From Alkalilimnicola ehrlichii MLHE-1 (lineage in GTDB: Bacteria; Pseudomonadota; Gammaproteobacteria; Nitrococcales; Halorhodospiraceae), in assembly GCF_000014785.1 (NCBI RefSeq), contig NC_008340.1, forward strand, positions 810,001 to 842,000: a DNA stretch of 32,000 nt. Direction: 5' to 3'. Numbering within the stretch: the stretch's first letter is position 1; the number at the start of each line of letters is the position of its first letter. Below the pieces are notes generated by a model. It was not told the origin of the DNA, searched no databases, and saw only the letters and a list, made by a program, of their open reading frames with translations. Both the position numbers and the translations under genes were made by a program. Of the stretch, positions 9,821 through 18,352 are shown piece by piece.

Positions 9821-10267
9821 GTGCGTGAATATTGGATGAGCCCGGTCACCCGGTGGGTGGGTATCGCCGTACTGGTCATCATCCCGGCGATGCTGATCGC
9901 CGGGATCAGTCAGGGCCGGTTGACCCCGGCCGAGCCCGGGGCGTTCTACATGAACCTGTTCCTAGGGGTGCTGGTGGTCTACTTGGTGGGCATGCTGATC
10001 TGGAACGGCAGCCACTGCCCGCTGGCCCGCCAGGACGGCGAGCGCTTCGAGGTGCTGCGCGCCTTCACCCCCGGGGGCGGCTGGCGCTGCTATGACCTGG
10101 ACAAGCTGTTCATCGTCCGCCGCTCCCTCTCCGGCACCATGTTCGGCTTCACCGACGGCAGCCTGGCCCACCTGCGCACCAGCCTGCTGCGGCGCGCCGA
10201 TGCCAAGGAACTGGTGCAGACCATGCGCGAACGCGCCGACCGGCAGAAGCCGGAGGGCTTGGGGTGA
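9821..10267 (+). CDS. Hypothetical small membrane protein
   Basis: GTG start behind AGGGGG (alternative ATG at 9836). Two hydrophobic segments (WVGIAVLVIIPAMLIAGI; FYMNLFLGVLVVYLVGMLIW), then a soluble domain. Confidence 0.65.
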   Translation: MREYWMSPVTRWVGIAVLVIIPAMLIAGISQGRLTPAEPGAFYMNLFLGVLVVYLVGMLIWNGSHCPLARQDGERFEVLRAFTPGGGWRCYDLDKLFIVRRSLSGTMFGFTDGSLAHLRTSLLRRADAKELVQTMRERADRQKPEGLG

Positions 10268-10364
10268 TGGGGACCCACCGCACCCGGCACGCCGTATAGG
10301 CCCCACCCCGCCCCCGCGACCCCCGGAGGCCTTCCCGTCATCGCGAGGGGGGCGCCCCTACCCC

Positions 10365-10444
10365 CCGTCATCGCGAGGGCCGAAGGCCCGTGGCGATCCA
10401 GAGCGGTAGACTGCCACGTCGGCTTCGCCTCCTCGCAGTGACGG
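10365..10444. repeat. Imperfect palindromic intergenic repeat, copy 1 (80 bp)
   Basis: CCGTCATCGCGAGG...CCTCGCAGTGACGG outer inverted repeat with inner GGGCCGAAGGCCC hairpin; very similar to copy 2. Confidence 0.85.
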
Positions 10445-10461
10445 TGGGGGGCGCCCCACCC

Positions 10462-10542
10462 CCGTCATCGCGAGGGCCGCAGGCCCGCGGCGATCCAGGC
10501 GGGGTGTGGATTGCCACGTCGCTGCGCTCCTCGCAATGACGG
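10462..10542. repeat. Imperfect palindromic intergenic repeat, copy 2 (81 bp)
   Basis: CCGTCATCGCGAGGGCCGCAGGCCCG...GGATTGCCACGTCGCTGCGCTCCTCGCAATGACGG, 97 bp downstream of copy 1 start to start. Separated by a GGGGGGCGCCCC-type linker. Confidence 0.85.
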
Positions 10543-10576
10543 TATGGGGGGCTCTTCGCAGCGACGGGATGGGTGC

Positions 10577-11590
10577 TCAGGCGTCCCCGTTCACGCCGTT
10601 TTCCTCGTCCTCGCCGTTCTCTTCCTCCTCTCCGTCGTCGATATCCAGGAAGACCTCGGTGGTCTCACCTGGTTCGGCGTCCAGCGTGATGACCTTGGAG
10701 GTTCCGATCACCAAGTCATCTCCAGCGGCGTCCGGGTCATCCTCGTCAGCGTTGCACACTAGCGCCAGGGTATAGGTTTCAGGTTCCAGGAACCCAAAGC
10801 GGAAGGTCCAGTTGCCGTCTTCGTTGACGTCATCGGCGTCCTCCCCCTCGTGGGTTGCGGTGGTCAGTGGCCCCTGGTCCTCTGCAATATCGTCGAAGGT
10901 GTCGGTCTCGCCTTCGTAGACGTAGACGGCGGGCACGGGTGACTCCGTTTCGCAGGCGGCTGGCGGGGCGAAGACATCCAAGTGACCGACGTTGTCCAGG
11001 GAGATCACGCGTAGAACGGGACGGAAGAGGTATTGCTCGTTACCGGTTTTCACCAGGGATTTGCGCAGATCCACATCCACCACAAGCCGCAACGCCTGTC
11101 CGTCTTCGATCGTTTCGCCACCGGGCATATTCAACTGAAAGCCCCGGGTGCCGCCAGACGGAATGCGGAGCGGTTCCTCGCTCCCGTCCTTAAGTACGAG
11201 CCAGGACGCCCCGGAGTGCGGGAGGGGGTCATTCGCCTCATCCGCATCCAGTTTCAGGCGGATCCAGTTGTAGGTCCCCGCCGGAATGGTCTCTTCAGTG
11301 ACCAGATCCGCACTCTCACTGCCTTGGAGCGAGAGCAGGTCAACGGCGTCAGGCGCCTCATCGACGAGTATCTCGAAGGGTTCACCGTCCTGGGGATTGA
11401 ACTCAAGGGAATGGAACCGCACCCAGACCTCCTGGACTTCGTCCACCGGTGCGTCGGTGACCGCCAGGGAGAAGGTCGCCTCCTCGTCGTCCGTGCTACT
11501 ACTGCTCCCGCTGTTGCAGGCCGCTACCAGGGCGCCGCTGGCCAGGATGGCGGCCAGGGCGGACCAATGACGGGTCTTGTGTTGGCTCAT
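10577..11590 (-). CDS. DUF4382-like lipoprotein
   Basis: 337 aa. Lipobox LVAAC; ATFSLAVTDAPVDEVQEVWVRFHSLEF; AGTYNWIRLKLDA; very acidic C-terminus (DIDDGEEEENGEDEENG). Confidence 0.75.
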   Translation of the reverse strand: MSQHKTRHWSALAAILASGALVAACNSGSSSSTDDEEATFSLAVTDAPVDEVQEVWVRFHSLEFNPQDGEPFEILVDEAPDAVDLLSLQGSESADLVTEETIPAGTYNWIRLKLDADEANDPLPHSGASWLVLKDGSEEPLRIPSGGTRGFQLNMPGGETIEDGQALRLVVDVDLRKSLVKTGNEQYLFRPVLRVISLDNVGHLDVFAPPAACETESPVPAVYVYEGETDTFDDIAEDQGPLTTATHEGEDADDVNEDGNWTFRFGFLEPETYTLALVCNADEDDPDAAGDDLVIGTSKVITLDAEPGETTEVFLDIDDGEEEENGEDEENGVNGDA

Positions 11591-11836
11591 GGGCTCTTCT
11601 CCGTTGTGCTGGGCTACATCCTTAAAGGTAACCCTTATGGGTGAGCGGGTCAGCCCAGCGTATCAAGGGGTTTTACATCGGGTGGCTGGTCGGCCCCGGC
11701 CGGGCTGTTATCCTTGGTGTTCGCTCTGGCCCGGCCCTGACGGTGCCTATCGGGGGCATCGCGAATCGAAAGCGGGAAACAGATAGTGTGTTGCTATCAT
11801 GGGGCGCCACGCCACCTCTTTAGGGAGCCTGTCTGC

Positions 11837-12958
11837 ATGTCGCAGTTGACCGTGAAGTCGTTGTTCGAAGGCCGGAAGGGGTTCCGGCACGACGATCAGC
11901 CCCGGCTCGGGGTGCTGGTAACCAACCTGGGTACCCCTGACGCCCCTACCACGCCGGCCCTGCGCCGCTACCTGCACGAGTTCCTGTGGGACCCCCGGGT
12001 GGTGGAGGCGCCCCGTTGGATCTGGTGGCTGATCCTCAACGGCATTGTGTTGCGTACCCGCCCGAAGAAATCCGCCGCGGCCTACCGTGAGGTCTGGACC
12101 GAAGAGGGCTCGCCGCTGCTGATCATCGGCCGGAAACAGACCCGGGGCATCCTCGAGCGGTTGCAGTCGCGCCTGCAGGGGCCCGTGGTGGCGGAGCTGG
12201 CCATGCGCTACGGCAACCCTTCCATCGCCTCCGGACTGCGCAGGCTGCGCGATCAGGGAGCAGAGCGCATCGTGGTGCTGCCGCTCTATCCCCAGTATTC
12301 CGGCTCCACGACCGGGTCCACCTTCGATGCCGTTGCGGACGAGCTCAAGCGCTGGCGGTGGGTGCCGGAGTTCCGCTTCATCGGCCAGTACCACGACGAT
12401 GAGCGTTACATCGAGGCCCTGGCCGCCAGCATCCGCGAGCACTGGGCCGAGCACGGCCGCGGCGAGAAGCTGCTGTTTTCCTTCCACGGGACCCCGCGCC
12501 GCTACCTGCTCGACGGCGACCCCTATCACTGCCAGTGTCAGAAGACGGCCCGCCTGGTGGCCGAGCGCCTGGAGCTGTCCGACGAGGCCTGGCAAGTCAC
12601 CTTCCAGTCGCTCTTTGGCAAGGAGGTCTGGCTGCAGCCCTACACCGATGCCACCGTGGAGCAGCTGGCCCGCTCGGGGCTGAAGACCCTGGACGTGATC
12701 TGCCCGGGTTTCTCGGCGGACTGCCTGGAGACCCTAGAGGAGATCGAGGGCGAGAATGCCGAGATCTTCCAGGAGCACGGCGGCGATAAGCTGCGCTACA
12801 TCAAGGCGTTGAACGACCGGGACGACCACTTGGAGATGCTGGCCGGCCTGGTGCATGAGCATAGCCAGGGCTGGCCGGAGGCTGGGGGGCCGGCGCGCAC
12901 CCTGCGCGACCCGCAGGCCACCCAAGAGCGGGCCAGGGCACTGGGGTCCGATGTCTGA
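11837..12958 (+). CDS. hemH: Ferrochelatase
   Basis: GVLVTNLGTPDAPTTPALRRYLHEFLWDPRVVE, LPLYPQYSGSTTGSTFDA, FSFHGTPRRYLLDGDPYHCQCQKTARLV, GFSADCLETLEEI. ATG chosen inside longer ORF. Confidence 0.95.
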   Translation: MSQLTVKSLFEGRKGFRHDDQPRLGVLVTNLGTPDAPTTPALRRYLHEFLWDPRVVEAPRWIWWLILNGIVLRTRPKKSAAAYREVWTEEGSPLLIIGRKQTRGILERLQSRLQGPVVAELAMRYGNPSIASGLRRLRDQGAERIVVLPLYPQYSGSTTGSTFDAVADELKRWRWVPEFRFIGQYHDDERYIEALAASIREHWAEHGRGEKLLFSFHGTPRRYLLDGDPYHCQCQKTARLVAERLELSDEAWQVTFQSLFGKEVWLQPYTDATVEQLARSGLKTLDVICPGFSADCLETLEEIEGENAEIFQEHGGDKLRYIKALNDRDDHLEMLAGLVHEHSQGWPEAGGPARTLRDPQATQERARALGSDV

Positions 12959-13445
12959 GCCCGATATGTCTGAGCCCCGGCGCCTGACCTCGCGGCGCCT
13001 CTTCTGGGCGCTCACCGGGGCCGTGCTACTCTGGACCCTGTTCACCGCCGGGCAGGGTTGGGACCCGCTGGGGCTGTTGGTGGTCACCGCAGCAACCCTG
13101 GCGGGGGCGTGGTGGACCCCGCTGTGGTTACGCCCGGTGCGCTGGCACGCGCTGCCCGGTTTCGGGCTCTATTTTGTCGACCGCTCGGTGCGGGGCGGCG
13201 TCGATGTGGCCTGGCGGGCGTTGCAGCCCACGATGCCGCTGCAGCCGCAATGGCGGGTGCGCCCCCTGCGCCTGCCCGCCGGCGGGCCCCGGAGTCTGCT
13301 GGTCAGTGTGATCAGCCTCATGCCCGGCACCCTGTGCGCCGAGCTGGTGGACGACGAATTGGTGGTCCATGCCCTGGCCCAGGGACTGGACGGCGAGCTG
13401 GACGAACTGGAGCGACGCATCGCCCGGTTGTACGCACTGGAGTAG
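12951..13445 (+). CDS. mrpE: Na+/H+ antiporter subunit E (MrpE/MnhE)
   Basis: MnhE-like: ...PLRLPAGGPRSLLVSVISLMPGTLCAELVDDELVVHAL; position immediately before mrpF and mrpG. Start overlaps hemH end (alternative ATG 12966). Confidence 0.85.
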   Translation: MSEPDMSEPRRLTSRRLFWALTGAVLLWTLFTAGQGWDPLGLLVVTAATLAGAWWTPLWLRPVRWHALPGFGLYFVDRSVRGGVDVAWRALQPTMPLQPQWRVRPLRLPAGGPRSLLVSVISLMPGTLCAELVDDELVVHALAQGLDGELDELERRIARLYALE

Positions 13446-13448
13446 TTC

Positions 13449-13715
13449 ATGGACACGGCTCTGCTGCTGGTGGCGGTCTTTCTCTTACTCAACCTGCTGG
13501 CCGGGTTGGTTCGCGTCTGGCGCGGCCCTACGCCCGCCGACCGGATGCTCGCCGCCCAGTTGTTCGGGACCACCACGGTGGCGGTGTTGCTGATCCTTGC
13601 CCAGGCCATGGAGCTGGCCGCCCTGCGTGACGTGGCGCTGCTCTTCGTGCTCCTCGCCACCCTGGTGAGTGTGGCCTTCGTGCGCCTCCCGAGCCGGGCG
13701 GAGGAGCGGGAGTGA
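13449..13715 (+). CDS. mrpF: Na+/H+ antiporter subunit F (MrpF/MnhF)
   Basis: 88 aa, RVWRGPTPADRMLAAQLFGTTTVAVLLILA...DVALLFVLLATLVSVAFVRL. Confidence 0.88.
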   Translation: MDTALLLVAVFLLLNLLAGLVRVWRGPTPADRMLAAQLFGTTTVAVLLILAQAMELAALRDVALLFVLLATLVSVAFVRLPSRAEERE

Positions 13716-14017
13716 CCATGGCCCTGGTGCTCGCCTGGGGGTTGATCCTGATGGGGGCCGGCTTTTTCCTGGCCGGAACCATCGGCCTGCTGCGCTTCCC
13801 CAATGTCTTCTCCCGCCTGCACGCGCTCACCAAGGCCGACAACGTGGGCCTGGGACTGCTGGCGTTGGGGCTGGCGATCCTGGCGGGCAGCCCGTGGGTG
13901 GCGTTGAAACTGGCCCTGATCTGGCTGCTGGCCCTGTTGGCCGGTACGGTCTCCTGCCACCTTATCGCCCGCTACGCATTGCGTGAGCAGGGGGGCCGGG
14001 AGCAGGCCCGGCCATGA
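13712..14017 (+). CDS. mrpG: Na+/H+ antiporter subunit G (MrpG/MnhG)
   Basis: 101 aa, MGAGFFLAGTIGLLRFPNVFSRLHALTKADNVGLGL. ATGA overlap with mrpF. Confidence 0.9.
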   Translation: MTMALVLAWGLILMGAGFFLAGTIGLLRFPNVFSRLHALTKADNVGLGLLALGLAILAGSPWVALKLALIWLLALLAGTVSCHLIARYALREQGGREQARP

Positions 14018-14967
14018 TGGTCTGGTGGCTGGACGGCCTGCTGGCACTGGGCCTGCTCTGGCTGGCCTGGCAGGCGGTGACCGCGCCGCGGCTGTTCCGC
14101 TCGGTGGTGATGTTCATTGTCTTCGGGTTGTTCATGAGCCTGTGCTGGGCGCGGCTGGCGGCGCCCGACCTGGCGCTCGCCGAGGCCGCCATCGGTGCGG
14201 GCCTGACCGGGGCCCTGTTGCTCTCCGCCTATCGGGCGCTGCTGGTACGCCACGGTGCCGGCCGGGAGGAGGCGCCCGGTATCGCGCCGGCACTGGCACG
14301 GGCGATCGCCGTCGGCTCCGGGGTGCTGTTCGCGGTCCTTGCCGGCATCCTGTTGACCCTGCCCGGGGCGGAGGCGCCGGCCGGCCGGGAGGCGCTGGCG
14401 CGCATGGAGGAGTTGGCCCTGGACAATCCGGTGACCGGTGTCCTGCTGGTTTTCCGCGCCTACGACACGCTGATGGAGATGGGGGTGCTGCTGCTGGCAC
14501 TGCTGGGCGCGCGGGTGGTGGCCGAGCCGTTGCGCGCTGCCGGCCCGGGGCCCTGGCGCCGTCCCGGCCTCAGCGAACCGGTCCTGGTCGCCCCGCTGGT
14601 GGCGCTGCTGGTGCCCCTGATCGTCCTGGTGGCGGGTTATCTGCTGTGGGCCGGCACCACCGCGCCGGGTGGCGCCTTCCAAGCCGGTGCGGTGCTCGCC
14701 GCCCTGGGGGTGTTGCTGCGGCTCACCGGCCGTCTCCGGCCCACGCTCACCAATAGCCTGTACGAACGGGCGGTCCTGGTGCTCGGGCTGGCGGTATTCA
14801 CCGCCGCCGGCGCCCTTGGTCTCGGGACCGAGGGCTATATGCTCAGCTATCCGGCGGGGTGGTCCTACCCGCTGATTCTGGTGGTTGAGACCACGCTGAT
14901 GCTCTCTATCGCCCTGACCCTGGCGCTGTTGTTCAGCGGCTCCAACGGCTTCCGGGGAGCGCGGTGA
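14014..14967 (+). CDS. Fused MrpA C-terminal (DUF4040/MbhD-like) plus MrpB/MnhB domain protein
   Basis: N-terminal half FRSVVMFIVFGLFMSLCWARLAAPDLALAEAAIGAGLTGALLLSAYRAL (MbhD-like). C-terminal half TLMEMGVLLLALLGARVV...TTAPGGAFQAGAVLAALGVLLRL (MnhB-like). Confidence 0.8.
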   Translation: MMVWWLDGLLALGLLWLAWQAVTAPRLFRSVVMFIVFGLFMSLCWARLAAPDLALAEAAIGAGLTGALLLSAYRALLVRHGAGREEAPGIAPALARAIAVGSGVLFAVLAGILLTLPGAEAPAGREALARMEELALDNPVTGVLLVFRAYDTLMEMGVLLLALLGARVVAEPLRAAGPGPWRRPGLSEPVLVAPLVALLVPLIVLVAGYLLWAGTTAPGGAFQAGAVLAALGVLLRLTGRLRPTLTNSLYERAVLVLGLAVFTAAGALGLGTEGYMLSYPAGWSYPLILVVETTLMLSIALTLALLFSGSNGFRGAR

Positions 14968-15278
14968 TGGAACAGGTGCCCCTCTACGTCCTGACGGCTG
15001 CCGGGTTGTTTGCCATCGGTGTCTACGGCCTGCTGGTCCAGACGCACCTGCTGCGGCGAATCCTGGCGGTGAACGTGATCGGCAACGCCGTTTTTCTGCT
15101 GCTGGTGGCCTGGGCGGTGCGCGATGGCCGACCGCCGGACCCGGTTCCCCACGCCATGGTCCTGACCGGCATCGTGATCGCGGTGAGCGCCACTGCCTTC
15201 GCCCTGGCCCTGTTGCGCCGGTACTACCGGGATACCGGCCGCGTCAGCCTGGAGGACCGAGAGGACGGGCCCGGATGA
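14964..15278 (+). CDS. mrpC: Na+/H+ antiporter subunit C (MrpC, NuoK-like)
   Basis: 104 aa, LFAIGVYGLLVQTHLLRRILAVNVIGNAVFLLLVA...PVPHAMVLTGIVIAVSATAFALALLRR. Confidence 0.87.
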   Translation: MMEQVPLYVLTAAGLFAIGVYGLLVQTHLLRRILAVNVIGNAVFLLLVAWAVRDGRPPDPVPHAMVLTGIVIAVSATAFALALLRRYYRDTGRVSLEDREDGPG

Positions 15279-16702
15279 GCGGCGCGGTCTGGGCCATCTT
15301 CTGGCCGCTATTGGTGGCGTTGGCCGAGTACCTGCTGCAGGGGCGGGCGCGCTGGCCGCTGCGACTGGCGGGGGTGGCCGGCACCGTGTGGGCGCTGGCC
15401 CTGCTCACCCGGATGGTGGTGGTCGACGGGGTGGGGGTTCACGCCCTGGGCGGCTGGCCTGCCCCGCTCGGTATCGAGCTTTACGCCGATGGCCTGGCGG
15501 TGCTCATGCTCTGGCTGTCTGCTGTGGTGATGGCGGTGAGCGTGCCCTATGCCGGCGCCTGGTTCGGCGACCAGGCCCGGGCCCGGCATTACTGGCCGCT
15601 CTGGTGGGTGCTCTGGTCCGCGTTGAACGGGCTGTTTCTGTCGGCGGATCTGTTCAACCTCTACGTCATGCTGGAGTTGCTCACCCTGGCCGCCGTGCCC
15701 CTGGTGGCGTTGGCGGCTAAGCCGGAGGCCCTGGCCGCGGCCCTGCGTTACCTGTTGTTCGCGTTGCTCGGCTCGTTGGCCTGGCTGCTGGGGGTGGCGG
15801 TGATCTATGCCGGGGCCGGCACCCTGCATCTGCACGGGGTGCCCGAGCTGGCCGGTGCGCCCTACGGGGCCTTGGCGGCCGGGCTGATCACCGCAGGCCT
15901 GTTTGCCAAGGCGGCACTCTTCCCCCTCCACGCCTGGCTGCCCCCGGCCCATGGGCACGCCCCAGCCCCGGTCTCGGCCATCCTCTCGGCGCTGGTGGTG
16001 AAGGCGGCGGTGTACCTGGTGTTGCGGATCTGGCTTTGGGGCTTTCCGGACTTGATCACGCCCCTGGCCGGGCAGTTGTTGGGCCTGCTGGGGGCGGCGG
16101 CGATGATCCTCGGGTCCGTGTGGGCCTTCCGTCAGGCGCAATTGAAGCAGGTGATCGCCTACTCCACGGTGGCGCAACTGGGCTACCTGTTGCTGATTTT
16201 CCCGCTCCTGGCCAGCGCCGCCGCCTGGCAGGGCGTGGTGTACCACGGGCTTGCCCATGGCCTGGCCAAGGCCGCGCTGTTCCTGGCCGCGGGCAATATC
16301 ATGATCGTGATAGGGCACGACCGCCTGCGCGACATGCGGAACTTCCCCAGCACCCTGTCCCCCAGCCTGTTTGCCTTCGCCCTGGCCTCGGTGAGCCTGA
16401 TGGGGCTGCCCCCGGCCGGCGGGTTCGTCGCCAAGTGGCTGCTGGTTGAGGGGGCACTGGCGGAGGGCCAATGGGGCTGGGCCCTGCTGGTGGTGGCCGG
16501 CGGGCTACTGGCGGCCGCCTACCTGTTCCGGGTCATGCGGCTCTTTGTGCGCCACGCCGGCACCCCGGGGGTGAGTCACCACCCGCCGCTGGGGTGGGCA
16601 TTGAACGGGCCACCCATGGCGCTGGCGCTGGCGGCCCAGGCCCTGGGGCTGGGGGCGGAACCGCTGCTGGCGTTGCTGGCGATCGCCGAGGGGGGGCCGT
16701 GA
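15275..16702 (+). CDS. mrpD: Na+/H+ antiporter subunit D-like proton-conducting membrane transporter
   Basis: 475 aa. LFNLYVMLELLTLAAVPLVAL, LFAKAALFPLHAWLPPAHGHAPAPVSAILSALVVKAAVYLVLR, QVIAYSTVAQLGYLL, YHGLAHGLAKAALFLAAGNI. Confidence 0.85.
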   Translation: MSGAVWAIFWPLLVALAEYLLQGRARWPLRLAGVAGTVWALALLTRMVVVDGVGVHALGGWPAPLGIELYADGLAVLMLWLSAVVMAVSVPYAGAWFGDQARARHYWPLWWVLWSALNGLFLSADLFNLYVMLELLTLAAVPLVALAAKPEALAAALRYLLFALLGSLAWLLGVAVIYAGAGTLHLHGVPELAGAPYGALAAGLITAGLFAKAALFPLHAWLPPAHGHAPAPVSAILSALVVKAAVYLVLRIWLWGFPDLITPLAGQLLGLLGAAAMILGSVWAFRQAQLKQVIAYSTVAQLGYLLLIFPLLASAAAWQGVVYHGLAHGLAKAALFLAAGNIMIVIGHDRLRDMRNFPSTLSPSLFAFALASVSLMGLPPAGGFVAKWLLVEGALAEGQWGWALLVVAGGLLAAAYLFRVMRLFVRHAGTPGVSHHPPLGWALNGPPMALALAAQALGLGAEPLLALLAIAEGGP

Positions 16703-18213
16703 GCGCGCTGTACACCGCCATGCCGCTGTGGGTGCTGATGACCTCGCTGGTCACGGCGGTGGTCATCTTCCTGTTGGGCGAGCGGCGCCAGCGGGCGCGC
16801 ACGGCCATGAACCTGGGCGGGGCCCTGGCCAAGCTGGCACTGGTGGCGGTGATGCTGTTCGGGGTCTGGGCCGGGCACGACTTTCACTTCCGCTGGGCGG
16901 TGATCCCGGGCGGACCGGATATCGTGCTGCACGCCGATGCCCTGGCCATGCTGTTCATCTCCCTCTCGGCGCTCCTCTGGCTGCTGACAACGGTCTATGC
17001 CATCGGCTATCTGGAGGGCCAGCCCCATCGCTGCCGCTTCTTCGGCTTTTTCAGCCTCTGTGTGGCGGCCACCATGGGCATTGCCACTGCCGGCAACCTG
17101 TTCACCTTTTTCATCTTCTACGAACTGCTCACGCTCTCCACCTGGCCGCTGGTGGTGCACAAGGGGACCCATGCCGCCCTGCGCGGGGGGGCGGTCTACC
17201 TGCGCTACACCCTGGGCGCCGGCCTGCTGCTGTTGCCCGGCATCATCGGGTTCTACCTGCTCACCGGGCTGCAGAGCTTCCAGCCCGGCGGCGTCGTCGG
17301 CGAGGTGGTGCCGGAGCAGGCCCTGGCGCTGACGGTCTTCTTCTGGATGATGGCCTTGGGCATCGGGGTGAAGGCGGCGCTGGTGCCGCTCCACGGCTGG
17401 TTGCCCACGGCCATGGTGGCGCCGGCGCCAGTCTCGGCCCTGCTGCACGCGGTGGCGGTGGTGAAGGCGGGGGCCTTTGGCATCGTGCGCCTGGTGCAGG
17501 ACCTCTACGGTATCTCGGTGGTGGCGGAATTGGGGGTCGGTGTGCCGCTGGCGCTGCTGGCCTCGTTCACCATCCTCTACGGCTCCTGGCGGGCGCTGGC
17601 CCAGGACGACATCAAGCGCCGGCTTGCCTTCTCCACGGTCAGCCAGGTGGCCTACATCACCCTGGGGGTGGCGGTGGCTGGCCCGGTAGCGGCGGTGGGA
17701 GGGCTGGTGCATCTGGTCCACCAGGGGCTGATGAAGATCACATTGTTTTTCTGTGCCGGCAATGTGGCCGAGACCCTGGGCGTACACAGCATCCGCGACC
17801 TGGACGGCACCGGTCGGCGCATGCCGCTCACCATGGCGGCCTTCACCCTGGGGGCCTTCGGCATGATCGGTGCACCGCCGCTGGCCGGTTTCATCAGCAA
17901 GTGGCACCTGGGCATCGGCATGGTGGAGGCGGGCATGCCGGCGTTCATCGCGGTGCTGGTGGCCAGCACGCTGCTCAATGCGGCCTACTTCCTGCCGGTC
18001 CTGCACCGCATCTGGTTTCGCCCGCCCCCGGACCAGTGGCCGAACGAGCGCGATCTGGGGCCAGGGGAGACCCACGGCTGGCTCCTGTGGCCGACCCTGA
18101 CCACGGCGGCCATGGCCCTGGGGGCGGGCCTGTTGGCCGGTATGCCCTTCAGCCCACTGGACTGGGTGAGCCTGATTATCGAGCGCGATTACGGCCTGGT
18201 GCCACAGCCCTAG
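16699..18213 (+). CDS. Second NuoL/M-like proton-conducting antiporter subunit (MrpA N-terminal-like or MrpD paralogue)
   Basis: 504 aa; GTGA overlap with preceding gene; GNLFTFFIFYELLTLSTWPLVVHKGT, VKAALVPLHGWLPTAMVAPAPVSALLHAVAVVKAGAFGI, DDIKRRLAFSTVSQVAYI. Confidence 0.85.
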   Translation: MSALYTAMPLWVLMTSLVTAVVIFLLGERRQRARTAMNLGGALAKLALVAVMLFGVWAGHDFHFRWAVIPGGPDIVLHADALAMLFISLSALLWLLTTVYAIGYLEGQPHRCRFFGFFSLCVAATMGIATAGNLFTFFIFYELLTLSTWPLVVHKGTHAALRGGAVYLRYTLGAGLLLLPGIIGFYLLTGLQSFQPGGVVGEVVPEQALALTVFFWMMALGIGVKAALVPLHGWLPTAMVAPAPVSALLHAVAVVKAGAFGIVRLVQDLYGISVVAELGVGVPLALLASFTILYGSWRALAQDDIKRRLAFSTVSQVAYITLGVAVAGPVAAVGGLVHLVHQGLMKITLFFCAGNVAETLGVHSIRDLDGTGRRMPLTMAAFTLGAFGMIGAPPLAGFISKWHLGIGMVEAGMPAFIAVLVASTLLNAAYFLPVLHRIWFRPPPDQWPNERDLGPGETHGWLLWPTLTTAAMALGAGLLAGMPFSPLDWVSLIIERDYGLVPQP

Positions 18214-18296
18214 CAGGGCCGGTGCTGTTCCGGGGAGCGCCGCGGTCGTGGCGGTGACGCACCGGGTGGGCCTCCCGGCGGCGGGGAACGAACCGA

Positions 18297-18325
18297 TTGA
18301 CATAGTGTCATACAGACACTAAGTT
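18297..18325 (+). promoter_or_regulatory. Candidate promoter with embedded operator upstream of nrtR-nadA
   Basis: -35 TTGACA (18297-18302), 17-nt spacer, weak -10 TAAGTT (18320-18325). Perfect 7-bp inverted repeat TAGTGTC-ATACA-GACACTA at 18303-18321. Confidence 0.6.
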
Positions 18326-18352
18326 TCATTCCTTGCCACGGCAGTCAAGAAC

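Noticed and set aside
10320-10560. CRISPR array
   Set aside because: Only two full units of 80-81 bp with internal palindromes, no unique spacers of regular size and no cas genes. It fits a REP/MITE-like repeat.
11782-11798. GATAG-N7-CTATC inverted repeat upstream of hemH
   Set aside because: Arms of 5 bp, no convincing promoter around it, and no recognisable link to a known heme/iron regulator motif.
12951-18213. Interpretation as respiratory complex I or a hydrogenase-linked (Mbh) module
   Set aside because: MrpE, MrpF and MrpG subunits are present and no hydrophilic NuoB/C/D/I or hydrogenase subunit occurs in the window, so an Mrp-type antiporter is better supported.
16728-18257. 509-aa + strand ORF in an alternative frame
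   Set aside because: It overlaps completely with the motif-rich antiporter frame 16699-18213. The alternative translation is G/A/H-rich with no family motif.
16576-18303. 575-aa minus-strand ORF antisense to the NuoL/M-like antiporter gene (with similar large antisense ORFs at 298-1308, 2080-3156, 3558-5222, 5241-6497, 6638-7861, 15308-16471, 18476-19735 and 21168-22709)
   Set aside because: Long shadow ORFs are expected in high-GC DNA. Their translations are low-complexity (H/Q/R/G/P-rich) with no domain signatures, while the opposite strand carries clear family motifs.
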